A stretch of 64,000 bases of DNA, from NCBI GenBank assembly GCA_964438425.1, contig CAYTKM010000001.1, positions 590,603-654,602 on the forward strand, given 5' to 3'. The notes beneath the pieces were generated by a model that did no database searches, was not told the DNA's origin, and saw only the letters and a list, made by a program, of their open reading frames with translations. Positions 8,985 through 20,000 of the stretch are shown piece after piece; position 1 is the stretch's first letter; every line of letters begins with the position of its first letter. The DNA comes from an uncultured Gammaproteobacteria bacterium (GTDB taxonomy: Bacteria > Cyanobacteriota > Vampirovibrionia > LMEP-6097). The position numbers and the translations under genes were made by a program.

Positions 8985-9473
8985 ATGTCATTACAACAAA
9001 AAGAAAACATTAACATTGGTTTAGATAAAGCAGATGAAAAAGAAATCGCTGAAGGTTTGGTGGTTTTACTTGCTAATTCATACAGCTTATATCTAAGAAC
9101 TCAAAACTACCACTGGAATTTAACAGGCTCAATGTTTTTTAGTTTACATAATTTGTTTGAAGAGCAGTATACAGATTTAGCTTCAGCTATAGATAGTATC
9201 GCTGAAAGAATTAGAGCTTTAGGCTATAAGGCTCCAGCTACTTTTAAAGAATTTATTGATGTTAGAACTGTAACAGAAACTGATGATGGTGAGAACCAAA
9301 TGGCTAAAGTGGCAAATTTACTTAAAGGTCATGAAGAACTAATTTCAGCAGCACGCAAGACTTGTGCGGTAGCTGAAAAAGCTAATGATCAAGCCAGCGC
9401 TGATTTGATTACAGGTAGATTAGCTAAACATGAAATGGAAGCTTGGAAATTAAGATCTATCGCTGCTGAATAA
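8985..9473 (+). CDS. dps: Dps family DNA starvation/stationary phase protection protein
   Basis: LYLRTQNYHWNLTGSMFFSLHNLFEEQY, DSIAERIRALG, HEMEAWKLRS. Confidence 0.95.
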   Translation: MSLQQKENINIGLDKADEKEIAEGLVVLLANSYSLYLRTQNYHWNLTGSMFFSLHNLFEEQYTDLASAIDSIAERIRALGYKAPATFKEFIDVRTVTETDDGENQMAKVANLLKGHEELISAARKTCAVAEKANDQASADLITGRLAKHEMEAWKLRSIAAE

Positions 9474-9491
9474 GGTTATAAAAAATTTACT

Positions 9492-9821
9492 ATGGATAAA
9501 AAACAAAAAATCTTAACTTTAGTATTTTTTTCGGCTGTAATTTTAATGCTAGCAGCTAGTTACATTACAATTTCAGTTGATAATAAAAAAAATACTTCTG
9601 CTGTTAGCGATATTCATAATGAAGTAGAGTCAAATACTTCTACAGAGATTGAAAACCATGATAAGCAAAGTGCTAAAGCTGATGAAATGGTTATCTCTAA
9701 AGAGGCTCCGCAACGTATTGAAGATAAACTTCATAAAATTAATGCTAAGCATGACACTGATCAATATGAATTGCCTGGTACTAAGCAAAAAATGATTGAA
9801 GCAGTAAAAGGCTATGAGTAA
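9492..9821 (+). CDS. Hypothetical membrane-anchored protein
   Basis: 109 aa, N-terminal hydrophobic anchor then polar tail; in tandem between dps and the PRC-barrel gene. Confidence 0.6.
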   Translation: MDKKQKILTLVFFSAVILMLAASYITISVDNKKNTSAVSDIHNEVESNTSTEIENHDKQSAKADEMVISKEAPQRIEDKLHKINAKHDTDQYELPGTKQKMIEAVKGYE

Positions 9822-9825
9822 TTAG

Positions 9826-10548
9826 ATGAATTTTGTAGTGAAAACTATTTTGTCTTTTAAGATTAATTCGATAGATGACTACTTCGGTAGTATTTCTGAC
9901 TTTTATTTTAATATAAAAAATGGTCATATTGAATATATAGTTTTAAGTACAGCTTCACTACTACCTGGTAAAAAAGTGCTTTTAAAGCCAGCTAAAGTAG
10001 CAGGTTTAGACTTTGTAGATAGAGCCCTTAAAGTAGATTTAATTAAAAATCAAATCGAAGATTTACCTAATTTAGAAAAGCATCTAGATGTAAGCTCGCA
10101 AAGTAATGGAACTTTACCTTTAAGTCCTACAGGGGCTTTAGGTGAAGAGCAGCAAGCTAAGCTTAAGTCTGAAATTGCTACTGATAAAAATGCAATCTTG
10201 TTTTCGGTTAATTCTATTTTGAACTATAGTTTAGAGACTGTTGATAAAAATACCACTGGACATGTAGTAGATTTGATTTTAGATACAGAAAACTGGCGTA
10301 TTTCAGATCTGATAGTTACTACACATGACTGGCTTCCTGGTAAAAAAATAAAAATTTCATATGATCATGTACATCAGATTGATATAAATGCTAAGCATGT
10401 TGTATTTGATATTGATAGAAAAACCTTAGTGAAATTAGCTGAATTTGACGAATTTAGTCCAGTCAATAAGCAAGTTAAAGTTGAGTATATGGATTACCAC
10501 GGTCGCGTTCAATGTCATGATCACATGGTCGCTACTGAAACTAGCTAA
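9826..10548 (+). CDS. Tandem PRC-barrel domain protein
   Basis: Two units: FGSISDFYFN..NGHIEYIVLST.SLLPGKKVLL and TGHVVDLILDTENWRISDLIVTTHDWLPGKKI. Confidence 0.8.
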   Translation: MNFVVKTILSFKINSIDDYFGSISDFYFNIKNGHIEYIVLSTASLLPGKKVLLKPAKVAGLDFVDRALKVDLIKNQIEDLPNLEKHLDVSSQSNGTLPLSPTGALGEEQQAKLKSEIATDKNAILFSVNSILNYSLETVDKNTTGHVVDLILDTENWRISDLIVTTHDWLPGKKIKISYDHVHQIDINAKHVVFDIDRKTLVKLAEFDEFSPVNKQVKVEYMDYHGRVQCHDHMVATETS

Positions 10549-10657
10549 ATTTGACGAATTTAGTCCAGTCAATAAGCAAGTTAAAGTTGAGTATATGGAT
10601 GACCATGGTCGCGTTCAATGTCATGATCACATGGTCGCTACTTAAACTAGCTAAATT
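10431..10657. repeat. 106-bp tandem duplication (about 2.1 copies) of the PRC-barrel gene 3' end
   Basis: AATTTGACGAATTTAGTCCAG... starts at 10442 and 10548; junction word (G/T)AAA(T/C)TAGCT(G/A)AATT at 10431, 10537, 10643. Confidence 0.95.
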
Positions 10658-10690
10658 ACATTTATAGTAGCTAGTAGCTTCGATATGTGA

Positions 10691-10799
10691 TTTAAAATAT
10701 TTTTATAAATTTGGTAATAATTTATAAAAATCGTATAGATTCCACTATTATTTAGAAGAAAATTCTAAAAATTAACGTTTTTTATAAAAAAATTCTAAG
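10691..10799. repeat. 30-bp-period array of 19-bp palindromes (4 units)
   Basis: 10691 TTTAAAA-tattt-TTATAAA; 10721 TTTATAA-aaatc-GTATAGA; 10751 TTTAGAA-gaaaa-TTCTAAA; 10781 TTTATAA-aaaaa-TTCTAAG. Confidence 0.8.
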
Positions 10800-10904
10800 T
10801 TGTAATATTTTAGATTTTAGCAAACTAGCCGATGCTATCTGATAGGCTTTCAAAAATTTATATACTAGCTTTGATATAAATTTACATACCAATATTAGGT
10901 TGCT

Positions 10905-11447
10905 TTAGCCACCATACTGTGAGCTTGATTCATACTTTAGACTTGGAGGTAGGTTAAGCACTTTGTCACGGTAAGTGATCGAGATTTGATCTACGATATC
11001 TTTAATACTAAGCATAAAGCGCGGTGAACCGTTACGTGTGATCGGGATATGACGGTAAGAACCATCAGACATGCGATTTAAGGCAAAGGCGATCGGATCG
11101 TTTTCGTCAAGTGTCTTAGGATTTTTAGTCATAAAATCTTTAATTTTAGCTTGCTTGGTATCTAGTTCGGTTCTGAGCATGACTCTTCTTAAAATATCTC
11201 TTTCAGTGAAAATGCCACAGATTTTTTTGTTTTCATCCTGAATCGTGATACAGCCTTTGTTTTGTTCAGCCATAAACTGCATAGCTTCAAATAGACTAGC
11301 ATCAGCATCTATAAAATGAATATAATCAAGATTTAAAGTTTTAATCGGGTCATGGATGTTGATCGCAGCTGAAAGTGGCAATTCTTGCTCGCCGCTGTTA
11401 AGCTCTTCCATAATTTTTAATTCTTCATCAATGTAATCTGAAACCAT
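10905..11447 (-). CDS. Stand-alone CBS-pair (Bateman domain) protein
   Basis: GIFTERDILRRV, IKDFMTKNPKTL, ALNRMSDGSYRHIPI, LSIKDIV. Confidence 0.9.
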   Translation of the reverse strand: MVSDYIDEELKIMEELNSGEQELPLSAAINIHDPIKTLNLDYIHFIDADASLFEAMQFMAEQNKGCITIQDENKKICGIFTERDILRRVMLRTELDTKQAKIKDFMTKNPKTLDENDPIAFALNRMSDGSYRHIPITRNGSPRFMLSIKDIVDQISITYRDKVLNLPPSLKYESSSQYGG

Positions 11448-11860
11448 AGTACTATTTTAGCTTGTTTTAGTTGTAATGTTGCTAAAGTGAAATATTTGTA
11501 ATGAAAGTGCTTTTAATTATAGATGATAATATCTATTAAAAATTATCTGTTTATCAAACATATTAAGTTCATACTTTTTCTTTTAAAACTAAGATGGCAA
11601 TTAAACTAGATATAGATATTTAAACAAAGCTTGAATTTTATTTAAACCATATAGTTTAATTTAGGTATTTTTATTTACAAACCATCTAGAGTACCTTCTT
11701 AATTTAAGACTTTATGTATTAGCGTGAAAATTTGATGGCTGTAACTATTTTACTAGCGTAAAATAGTTATCGTAGTTGAGATAGTGCTTTAAGCTCTAAC
11801 TATTAGCTAAAGTTCAACAAAGTTATAACCTGCGCGCGCTTGGGTATATATTAAATACTT

Positions 11861-13015
11861 ATGAAAAACGATGAAGTGTATATTGTCGATCTGGCGCGCA
11901 CCCCGATGGGGCGCGGAAAACTAGGTTCGAGTTTATCTGACGTGCATCCCGTAGATCTTGGCGCTGAGCCAGTCAAAGCTCTGGTTAAACGTAATAATTT
12001 AGCAGCTAAAGCAATTGATGATGTGATTTATGGTTGCGTTACTCCGGTAGCTGATCAAGGCGCTAATATAGCTCGTTTAATAGCTCTAGTAGCTTTGGAT
12101 CAAAGTGTACCTGGCGTGCAGATAAATCGTATGTGCAGTTCAGGTTTGCAAGCTATCGATATGGCGCGTTATGCCATTTTAAGCGGCGAGCAGGATTTAG
12201 TTATCGCTGGTGGTGTTGAGCATATGGGACGCGTACCGATGGGTATGGATATGATGCCGATACCTATGTCACTAAACCAAGGTACAACTCTGCCAGACTC
12301 ATACCTAGCTAAATATAAAGTTAAAACCATGGGCGCTTCAGCCGAGATGATCGCAGAAAAATGGCAGCTTTCGCGCCAGCAGCTTGATGAATATAGTGCT
12401 GAATCTCATAGACGCGCTTACCATGCGCAGATTAATGATTATTTCGAGCGTGAAATTGTACCAGTAGCTGGTGTTACTTTAGATGAAGGTGTGCGCGCTG
12501 AACTAGATATGGAAAAAATGGCGACTTTAAAAACGCCATTTAAAGATGATGGCGTTATTACCGCAGCCAACGCCAGTCAGATAACTGATGGCGCTGCCGC
12601 GTGCCTGCTGGCAGGTACCCGCGCGCTGGAAAAATATCAGCTGAAAGCGCGCGCTAAAATAACTAAATCTTATGTTTGTGCTTTAGATCCTGAACTTCAG
12701 TTAACGGGACCTATTCCTGCGATAAATGGTATTTTAGAGCGAGCAGGGCTAACTTTAGCTGAGATAGATTTATTTGAGATTAATGAGGCTTTTGCTTCTG
12801 TGGTGCTAGCCACTACTGATGAACTTAAAATTCCACTTGAAAAAGTAAATGTAAATGGCGGCGCTATCGCGCTGGGTCATCCGCTAGGTTGCTCGGGAGC
12901 GCGCATCTTAACGACCCTCGTGCACGAATTAGAGCGCCGCAAACTAAAACGTGGTTTGGCTACCATGTGTGTAGGCTTCGGTCAGGGTATCGCTAGTATT
13001 GTAGAGTTGGTTTAG
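11861..13015 (+). CDS. Acetyl-CoA C-acyltransferase (thiolase)
   Basis: RTPMGRG, QINRMCSSGLQ (catalytic Cys), FEINEAFA, VNGGAIALGHPLGCSG, TMCVGFGQG. Confidence 0.96.
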   Translation: MKNDEVYIVDLARTPMGRGKLGSSLSDVHPVDLGAEPVKALVKRNNLAAKAIDDVIYGCVTPVADQGANIARLIALVALDQSVPGVQINRMCSSGLQAIDMARYAILSGEQDLVIAGGVEHMGRVPMGMDMMPIPMSLNQGTTLPDSYLAKYKVKTMGASAEMIAEKWQLSRQQLDEYSAESHRRAYHAQINDYFEREIVPVAGVTLDEGVRAELDMEKMATLKTPFKDDGVITAANASQITDGAAACLLAGTRALEKYQLKARAKITKSYVCALDPELQLTGPIPAINGILERAGLTLAEIDLFEINEAFASVVLATTDELKIPLEKVNVNGGAIALGHPLGCSGARILTTLVHELERRKLKRGLATMCVGFGQGIASIVELV

Positions 13016-16000
13016 TGTTTTAATAGCGGTTTGGTAAAATTCTGAATTGTACGCACTGTTAGCTGAGAAATCTCTTCCGCGTTTAAATTTTTATTTTCCA
13101 TACTTCGAGTTATGTCAGCACCTATCTTAGCAAGTTCTTTTACCTTAACTTTTTTAGTATTGCTGCTATCATTTTCAGTTACAAAGCTTAGATCAGTGTT
13201 AAAACTATTTAGTTGTTGTTTGGCTTTTTTTCTGTCTGATACTATAGGTTCGATCGGAGTGAAATAATTTACAATCTTTTCGCCTAATATTTGCTTGATT
13301 TTAGAGTTTATATTGATAGCACTACTGAACTGTTTTAAAACTCTATGGTACATATTGTAATAATCTAAAGTTAACAAGCGCTGTTTAAACTTTAAAAAAT
13401 CTTTTTTACCATTATTTAAATCTTTATTAGTAACAGTACCTGATGAATTTTTATAATGCAGACTGTCAATATTTTCTATTTTGCTTGCATAGTTAGCTAT
13501 AAATTGTTTGATATCTAAGTTCTCCATTTTTTTAGCGGCGACTAGAAAATTTTGCTTTTCTTCAAAATTCATTTTAGAAAATGGTTTAACTGGTTCGAAA
13601 TTTTCGTTTGCTGCATCAAAATATATACGATGGTACACTTGCTCTGTATTGATAGCACTTTCTTTAGCTTCATTCTTTAAGTTTGTAGCAGTAGATGAAT
13701 TAAATTTCATTTTGCTGATATCAGTTATTAAACCTTGAATTTTTTGGTAATCATTAAGGTTGATGGCACTGCGCTTAAGCGCTTCACCAACTGTACTATG
13801 CACGCTTTTCAAAAATCTACGCGTGCTTTCATAGTCTGGACGTTTCTTTAAAAAATCTTTAGATAATTTTACATATTTTTCGGCATCAAAAAGACTGTTT
13901 TCAGGTCTATCAGCAGTTTTAAGCAGCCTGCTATGTACTTGTTTGATATTATTAATGTCATCTAAAATATCAAGCTTAGTTTTAAATGTGCTATTTTCTG
14001 TAGGTTTAGCAGCATCTTCAATAACATTTATATTAGGTTCAAAATTAGCTAAATATGGTGGAAATTGTGTGAAATGTTTATCTACAGTATCCAGAATATT
14101 GTTTAGATTGATAGAGATGCTTGGCTCTAAATTCTCCTTAAATTTAGATTTTATATTATTGATACTTAGCTTAAATACGTCATAATCTTGATCATTTTCT
14201 TTAAGATTAGTAGCTTGGGGAACAAAAGCTTCATTAACTATATGGTGAACTTCATCCTCCTCGTTCATGAGTAGGTCATGAATTAAGCTATTGTATTTAT
14301 GTTCTATGCCATTGAAATTAAATGTTTGCTCTGTGTATCCAAATACATTTTCGTGTCCATAAAGTTCATAGTTATAATTAAATAATTGATCTACGATAAG
14401 CATTTTTTCGGTTTTATTAATAATTTTATCCGAGCTAATAATATTTTCGGTTAAAGCTAGTCCTTGCAATAATTTAGATAGATTATTGGTAAATTGATCG
14501 AAGCTATTAACTTGATGGCTTTCCTTATTTTTATCGGTATTTACTATTTTTAAAAGTTCGTTTTTAGCGTGTCCGGTTTTTAATTTACTAATAAAAATAG
14601 CTAAATTTAGTTCTATGTCATTTTGATCTTTTATATTATAGTTCTTAATAAATTTCTGTAAATCTGCTGCTAAAAACTGCTTATCAAATGTATCAAGTAG
14701 CTGGGTTAGAGTCATATCTTTTAAATTTTCTAGAGTATGAGAAGATAGGAAATCATCTTTTAAGAAATTTAGTATGCTTTGCTGCTCTTGAGTAAGACTG
14801 TTACTTTGCTTTTCATCAAAAACTTTTAAGTTTTTATTAGTTATTTGATTTAGATTAGCTTTAAAAATATAGTTTGCACACAGTTTCGCTTCATCCAGAA
14901 TCTTAAGCTGATCTAATCTAAAGTCAGCTTCATTTAAATTGTTAAGTATATTTTTAAGTTCAAGAGCTTTTTTGAGGCTGCTATCATTACTATCGATATC
15001 AAACATCTCTTTAGTTAATTCTGTAAATTTTTGTTGAATATCTTTTAAGTTGAATTTAGCTCGACTTTGTTTGTAAGGAATTTTTACCTGATAGTCACTT
15101 TTTAAGTAAGTTTTATCAGCCTTACTATTTAAGTTATTAATACTCTTTGATGTGCTTTTGTCGCTGGCGCCATTAGCTTCACTATGAGCGCTCACTTCAC
15201 TAAAGAGTAAACCTTGATTTACACCTTTGTGAACATGCTGTAATAGTTGTACGGTAGTATTTTTAAGTTGATCTTTGTTAATTAGCTGACCATAAAGTTT
15301 AGATTGACTTAAATTATTATTTGTTTTTAAGTCAGTTTGAAAGTTAGCACTTAAGCTTTTTAGACTTTTTAAATTAAACTTAAAAGTTTCTGGTAAATTT
15401 TCAAGATTTAATATTAAGGCTTTGATTGGGTTTTGATCGAGATTTAGTGGATGGTCTTTTTGTTTAAGAGCTTGCTGAATGCTTTGATGCAGCTCATCTG
15501 CCTGCTTAAGTGTCATTTGGGAACCTTCGGTGTTTTTATCATTATAAGCATTAGATTTATTTTCTTCTATACTAGCTTTCATATAGGTCGCTCCGAAAGC
15601 TTTCTGCAAGTTTATATAATCTGCATTTTTATAATGTTGATTATTTACTTCAGGGTTAGTTGCATAGCCAAGCTCTGCGATACTAGCTATATTTAATAGA
15701 GTTTGTGGTAGATCCTTGATTTGGTTGAGCTCGGCTTTAATTGTGGTATTATTTTTATTAATTGTACTTAGGCTATTTAAACTTTTAAGTAAAATATTTT
15801 TAGTGGACATAGCATCACTATTTGACTGAGAAGAATTAGTACTCTTAAGTTCTTTAAGACTTTTTTGTAGAATTATGCGCGCAATTTTTTTTTGTTGCTT
15901 AGCTAAATAATCATCAAGTGTGCAGTCAGGTGTTTCATTAAAAGATGTGATGCTAGATATTTCTTGATTCGCTAAAATATAAAATAGTTGATCAACGTTT

Positions 16001-16836
16001 AAAAGTTCTGAAGAGTTAGTTAAAGATACAAAATCTCTTTTATCTGAATTCTGAGCAGCTGGATAACTAAAGTGCACTTCATTTTTAAGCTCTACCTGGA
16101 GTTTATCTGCTTTATTAATTTGCTGATTATTATTAGCAAGTTTCTGTTTTTTGTTAAGCTCAGTTTTAGCTAATTCATTATCTTTTTTAGTCTCGGCGAT
16201 AACTGAATCTATAATATTTCCTGCTAATTCTATCAACTTAGGGTCATCAAGAATTTTATCCCATAATTTATTTTCTAAAGCACTTATATTGTTGAGTGAA
16301 GTTTGCACGTCACCGTTAATAACGGCATGCATAGGATCAAAATTCTTAGATTTAGTTAATTTATTAATATGATCTGTTAAATTTGAATTAGTTATATTAT
16401 ATAATTCAGTCTGACTATCAGCAGGTATATTAAAGCTCTTTAAAAGATTATTTGGTGAACTGTAATCTAGCTCTGGACTACTACTATGAAGATTTTCTTG
16501 TAAAGTTCGTAAAGTTAAGGGACCAGATTTTATTAAATTTTCGAGTTTTGGTGTAGATTCAGTGTCAGCTAAGCTAGAATTTTGGTTGTGAGAAATACGA
16601 TTGAATATTTGAGCTAGCTTAGTTGCAAGTGATCTTTGTTGGATGATACTCTCTCTGGAGTGAGGATCACTTTCCTTTAAATATTTAAATGAACCTTGTA
16701 TCTTTGTAGGCTGAGCTGAAGCACTTATATGAGCAAATGAAGTGCCATTTTCAGTATTATTGATCTGCTTTTTAACATTCTGAGTTAATTCACTTTTAGT
16801 CGTATCAGGATTAAAAAAGGTAATTTTGTTACTCAT
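13012..16836 (-). CDS. Large N/K/S/L-rich hypothetical protein, paralog of 17060..20407
   Basis: 1274-aa ORF, no signal peptide; shares ordered blocks with the neighbour (ENKLWDKIL, RIILQKSLKE, KDLPQTLLNIASIAELG, YINLQKAFG). Confidence 0.8.
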   Translation of the reverse strand: MSNKITFFNPDTTKSELTQNVKKQINNTENGTSFAHISASAQPTKIQGSFKYLKESDPHSRESIIQQRSLATKLAQIFNRISHNQNSSLADTESTPKLENLIKSGPLTLRTLQENLHSSSPELDYSSPNNLLKSFNIPADSQTELYNITNSNLTDHINKLTKSKNFDPMHAVINGDVQTSLNNISALENKLWDKILDDPKLIELAGNIIDSVIAETKKDNELAKTELNKKQKLANNNQQINKADKLQVELKNEVHFSYPAAQNSDKRDFVSLTNSSELLNVDQLFYILANQEISSITSFNETPDCTLDDYLAKQQKKIARIILQKSLKELKSTNSSQSNSDAMSTKNILLKSLNSLSTINKNNTTIKAELNQIKDLPQTLLNIASIAELGYATNPEVNNQHYKNADYINLQKAFGATYMKASIEENKSNAYNDKNTEGSQMTLKQADELHQSIQQALKQKDHPLNLDQNPIKALILNLENLPETFKFNLKSLKSLSANFQTDLKTNNNLSQSKLYGQLINKDQLKNTTVQLLQHVHKGVNQGLLFSEVSAHSEANGASDKSTSKSINNLNSKADKTYLKSDYQVKIPYKQSRAKFNLKDIQQKFTELTKEMFDIDSNDSSLKKALELKNILNNLNEADFRLDQLKILDEAKLCANYIFKANLNQITNKNLKVFDEKQSNSLTQEQQSILNFLKDDFLSSHTLENLKDMTLTQLLDTFDKQFLAADLQKFIKNYNIKDQNDIELNLAIFISKLKTGHAKNELLKIVNTDKNKESHQVNSFDQFTNNLSKLLQGLALTENIISSDKIINKTEKMLIVDQLFNYNYELYGHENVFGYTEQTFNFNGIEHKYNSLIHDLLMNEEDEVHHIVNEAFVPQATNLKENDQDYDVFKLSINNIKSKFKENLEPSISINLNNILDTVDKHFTQFPPYLANFEPNINVIEDAAKPTENSTFKTKLDILDDINNIKQVHSRLLKTADRPENSLFDAEKYVKLSKDFLKKRPDYESTRRFLKSVHSTVGEALKRSAINLNDYQKIQGLITDISKMKFNSSTATNLKNEAKESAINTEQVYHRIYFDAANENFEPVKPFSKMNFEEKQNFLVAAKKMENLDIKQFIANYASKIENIDSLHYKNSSGTVTNKDLNNGKKDFLKFKQRLLTLDYYNMYHRVLKQFSSAININSKIKQILGEKIVNYFTPIEPIVSDRKKAKQQLNSFNTDLSFVTENDSSNTKKVKVKELAKIGADITRSMENKNLNAEEISQLTVRTIQNFTKPLLKH

Positions 16837-17059
16837 AAGAATATTATATTAACAAGACTAAGGGCTAGTAACACTTTTTTTAAGCTTTTATTAAGATAAT
16901 AAGGTCTATTGTAATGCAAATATTACGAAATTATACTAGATCAATATCACTCTTCGCGATATAAAGGTCAGGATCTCTATCAATTTCTTGATCACTAATG
17001 ACTGCTTCAATTCGTTTAGCTGGAAAAATATCAGTTTAATTCAGGGTTCAAATCTTTGT

Positions 17060-20000
17060 TTATGAATTAAAATCATTTAACTGTTGTATTAATACTCTAA
17101 CTTCAAAGCTTTTATTTATATCATCAATAGTTATTTTACTAGTCAAGTTTCTATTTAGATTTGTCATGGTTTGCAGCTGACTATCATTGTTAGGTTCATC
17201 AGTACGTACTAATAAATCAGCATTTAGTCTAAGTAGTGCCTGCATACTAGCTTTAGCGACCTCTGTTTTATCAAAAGAGCATTGGTCAAGTTTACCTAAA
17301 ATCTCTATACCTTCATTTACTGCTTTAAACATTTCAGACTTTACCATGCTTGAATCTGGCAAATTTATGATAGTGGTACTGCTAGCATCGTTATCTTTGC
17401 CTGTAACTGAAACTCTTAATTTACTAGTAAGCTCACCTTTCATGTTTGAATTCATACCTATTGAGCCTGAGTTTATGTTTAATTTATTCAAATCACTCAA
17501 AAACCTTAGCTTGTTTAAAATTAGTAAAGTGTCTTTAGCTAACTTAGTATTACTGTCAGCTAAAGTGTCTTTAGCTAACTTAGTATTACTGTCAGCTGGC
17601 ATAGAATCAATTTTTTCGATCTGTTTCTTACGTTGTCCATTTACATTAATAATATCTAAAGTCGGTGTTAATTCAGATATCTGCTTTTTGTATTCTAGTA
17701 TCTTGGCTTCACGGCTTAAGGACTGATCAGCAAGAGTTAGAATATTTGAATCATTAATATATGAAATACTGCTATCTATAGCTAACTTTAGTTTACTTGT
17801 TAGTAGATCAAGTTCAGTTGATTTAGGTAATGACTCGCTAGTATCTTTTATGAAACTTTGTATAGTACTACGCTCATCTTTACTAATGATTCTGTTTGAT
17901 ATACCTAGTTTAGTTAACTCTTCAAACTTGCCTAATAACTTAGTTAAGTTAATCATAGCTCTGATCTTTTTCTTTTCTGAAGTGTTTGATAGGTCTACAT
18001 TGTTATTGAGATCTTGTTCTATATTTGATATTAAATCTTTAAAGTCTAAGTCTGTAGGTGGATACATATTTGTACCCTTGAATTGATTTAATGTTTTTAA
18101 AGCTGGGTCACTATTTATATTAGCTTCATAACTTTCAAGTATTTTATGCTCTAAAGTTAACTTTTGAGTAGTTGAAGCATCTACCTTGTTTAAAATATCT
18201 ACATTTTTAGAATTACTAAGTATATTATTTTGGATACCTAAAATTACATCGTAAGCTTTAGTAATTAAATCTGAATCTTCAGCTGTTAACTGTTCATGAT
18301 CTAAACCTTTAAATAGTAGATTTAACTTTTCAAGAGCTTGATCTGGGTTTGATGCTAAAGCTGGTGATAGCGAACTTGTATTACTTGTTAAAGCCTGATC
18401 TAAGTCTTTAATAAGTGATGCGGCATAATATTTATTAAATATACTGTGAGTAGCTTTTAGATTATCACTAATTAAATTATCAGTGGCATCAATATTATTT
18501 TTAGCTCGATAGTCGTTAAGTTCTGTTAAAACAGTAACACCAGCTTTATCTTCTAGCTGCTGGTTTATAACAGCGTCATCAATTGCTGTAATTTCATCTT
18601 CAGTAACATCAGTGTCTGTGCTTGCAAGTATAATGCTTCTAATCGCTAAAGGTTTGTTTTCGATGTTAAGAGATTTATGGTAAACCTGAGTTTTAAAATA
18701 TAATAACTTATCTTCGACTTCATTTTTTAGCTCAGAGTCTGCAAGCTCACTTACTTTGTTTTTCAAAAAACTTACATCTTCTTGAGCATTTAGTAAAACT
18801 CTAGTTTTAATAAGTTGATCAAGATTGTCTGAACTAACGAGTGCTAAATTAGTCTGATTAATCACTTTCAAAGATTTCTGAACTTCTCTAACTAAATTGT
18901 TTTGATTGGTTGCATTGATCTGCTTTAATGGTGTTGATGGTAGTGCCACCTCACTTTTTATTTCATTACTTTCTTTAATACTATTAGCTGTAACCTTGTT
19001 TCTAGTGATGGTAACTTCTGGATAATTTGCAGTTGAACCTGAAACTTTGTTATACCTCGTAATATCTACTTTTTCTCCATTTATTTTCGCTTTGCCATCT
19101 TCAAGGCGTATATATGGAGCTTTCAAAGACTTACTTTGGAAACTTTTAATATCAAGCTCTTCATCAGCAAGGCTCTTTGATTCAGTATTCCCAGCACTTT
19201 TAGCAAATCCATCAAAAGATTCCTGAATTTTTAATAAAGTGTGAGCGTTAAAGTTAACTTCTGGTACATTAATACTTTTTTTCGCTTTATTTACTATTGA
19301 TAGTACTTTAGGTAGGCTATCTAATGTTTTAAGTAAGTGGTTATCATTTGACTGGAGGGTTTCGGATAAAAAGAGGCGCTCACTATGAGTGAGATTAACT
19401 TCATTTACATTGCCTTCTGATTGGATTTTTAATATATTTTCTCCAAAAGCTTTCATTAAATTATTGTATTGAGGAATTTTTAATTTATCTGAGTAAACTT
19501 TTGAGTTTTTAGGTACTTGATCATCACTGATACCTAGATTGCTAATCAAAGATATATTGTGAATAATTTGAGGGATTTTTTTTATATCTTGGCTATTTAA
19601 AGGGGTTTCAATATTTTCTTTATTTGCGGTGCTTTGATGTTGCATTGTTGGCTGAATTATATCTAAACCATCTTTAAGAGTTTTTTGTAATATGATTCTC
19701 TCGACTAAATTTTTATATTCAGGTTTCTGAATATTATCGAAATCACTAATATCTTCAAGTATTATACGAACGCGCTCTTGTTTTTGGTGATCCGTAAAAC
19801 TAAACTCTAATGGCTTTGCATTTGCTGAATCCTGTTTATCGAGTTTATTTACTAAAAGTCTGCGAGCAGCTACTTGTAAGCTTTTGTCAGTAGATAAAAG
19901 CTTATCCCATAAATTGTTTTCAGTATTTTCAATTCTATTTTGAACTTGATCTAAATTACCTTGCAAAGTTACAATTTGATTTAGTTTTTTGTTTAATATT

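Noticed and set aside
10445-10645. 66-aa ORF in the ORF track
   Set aside because: Product of the 106-bp duplication: out-of-frame read of copy 1 running into copy 2; no start signals
13012-13015. Overlapping stop codons of convergent thiolase and the giant ORF
   Set aside because: Common in AT-rich compact genomes; no further signal
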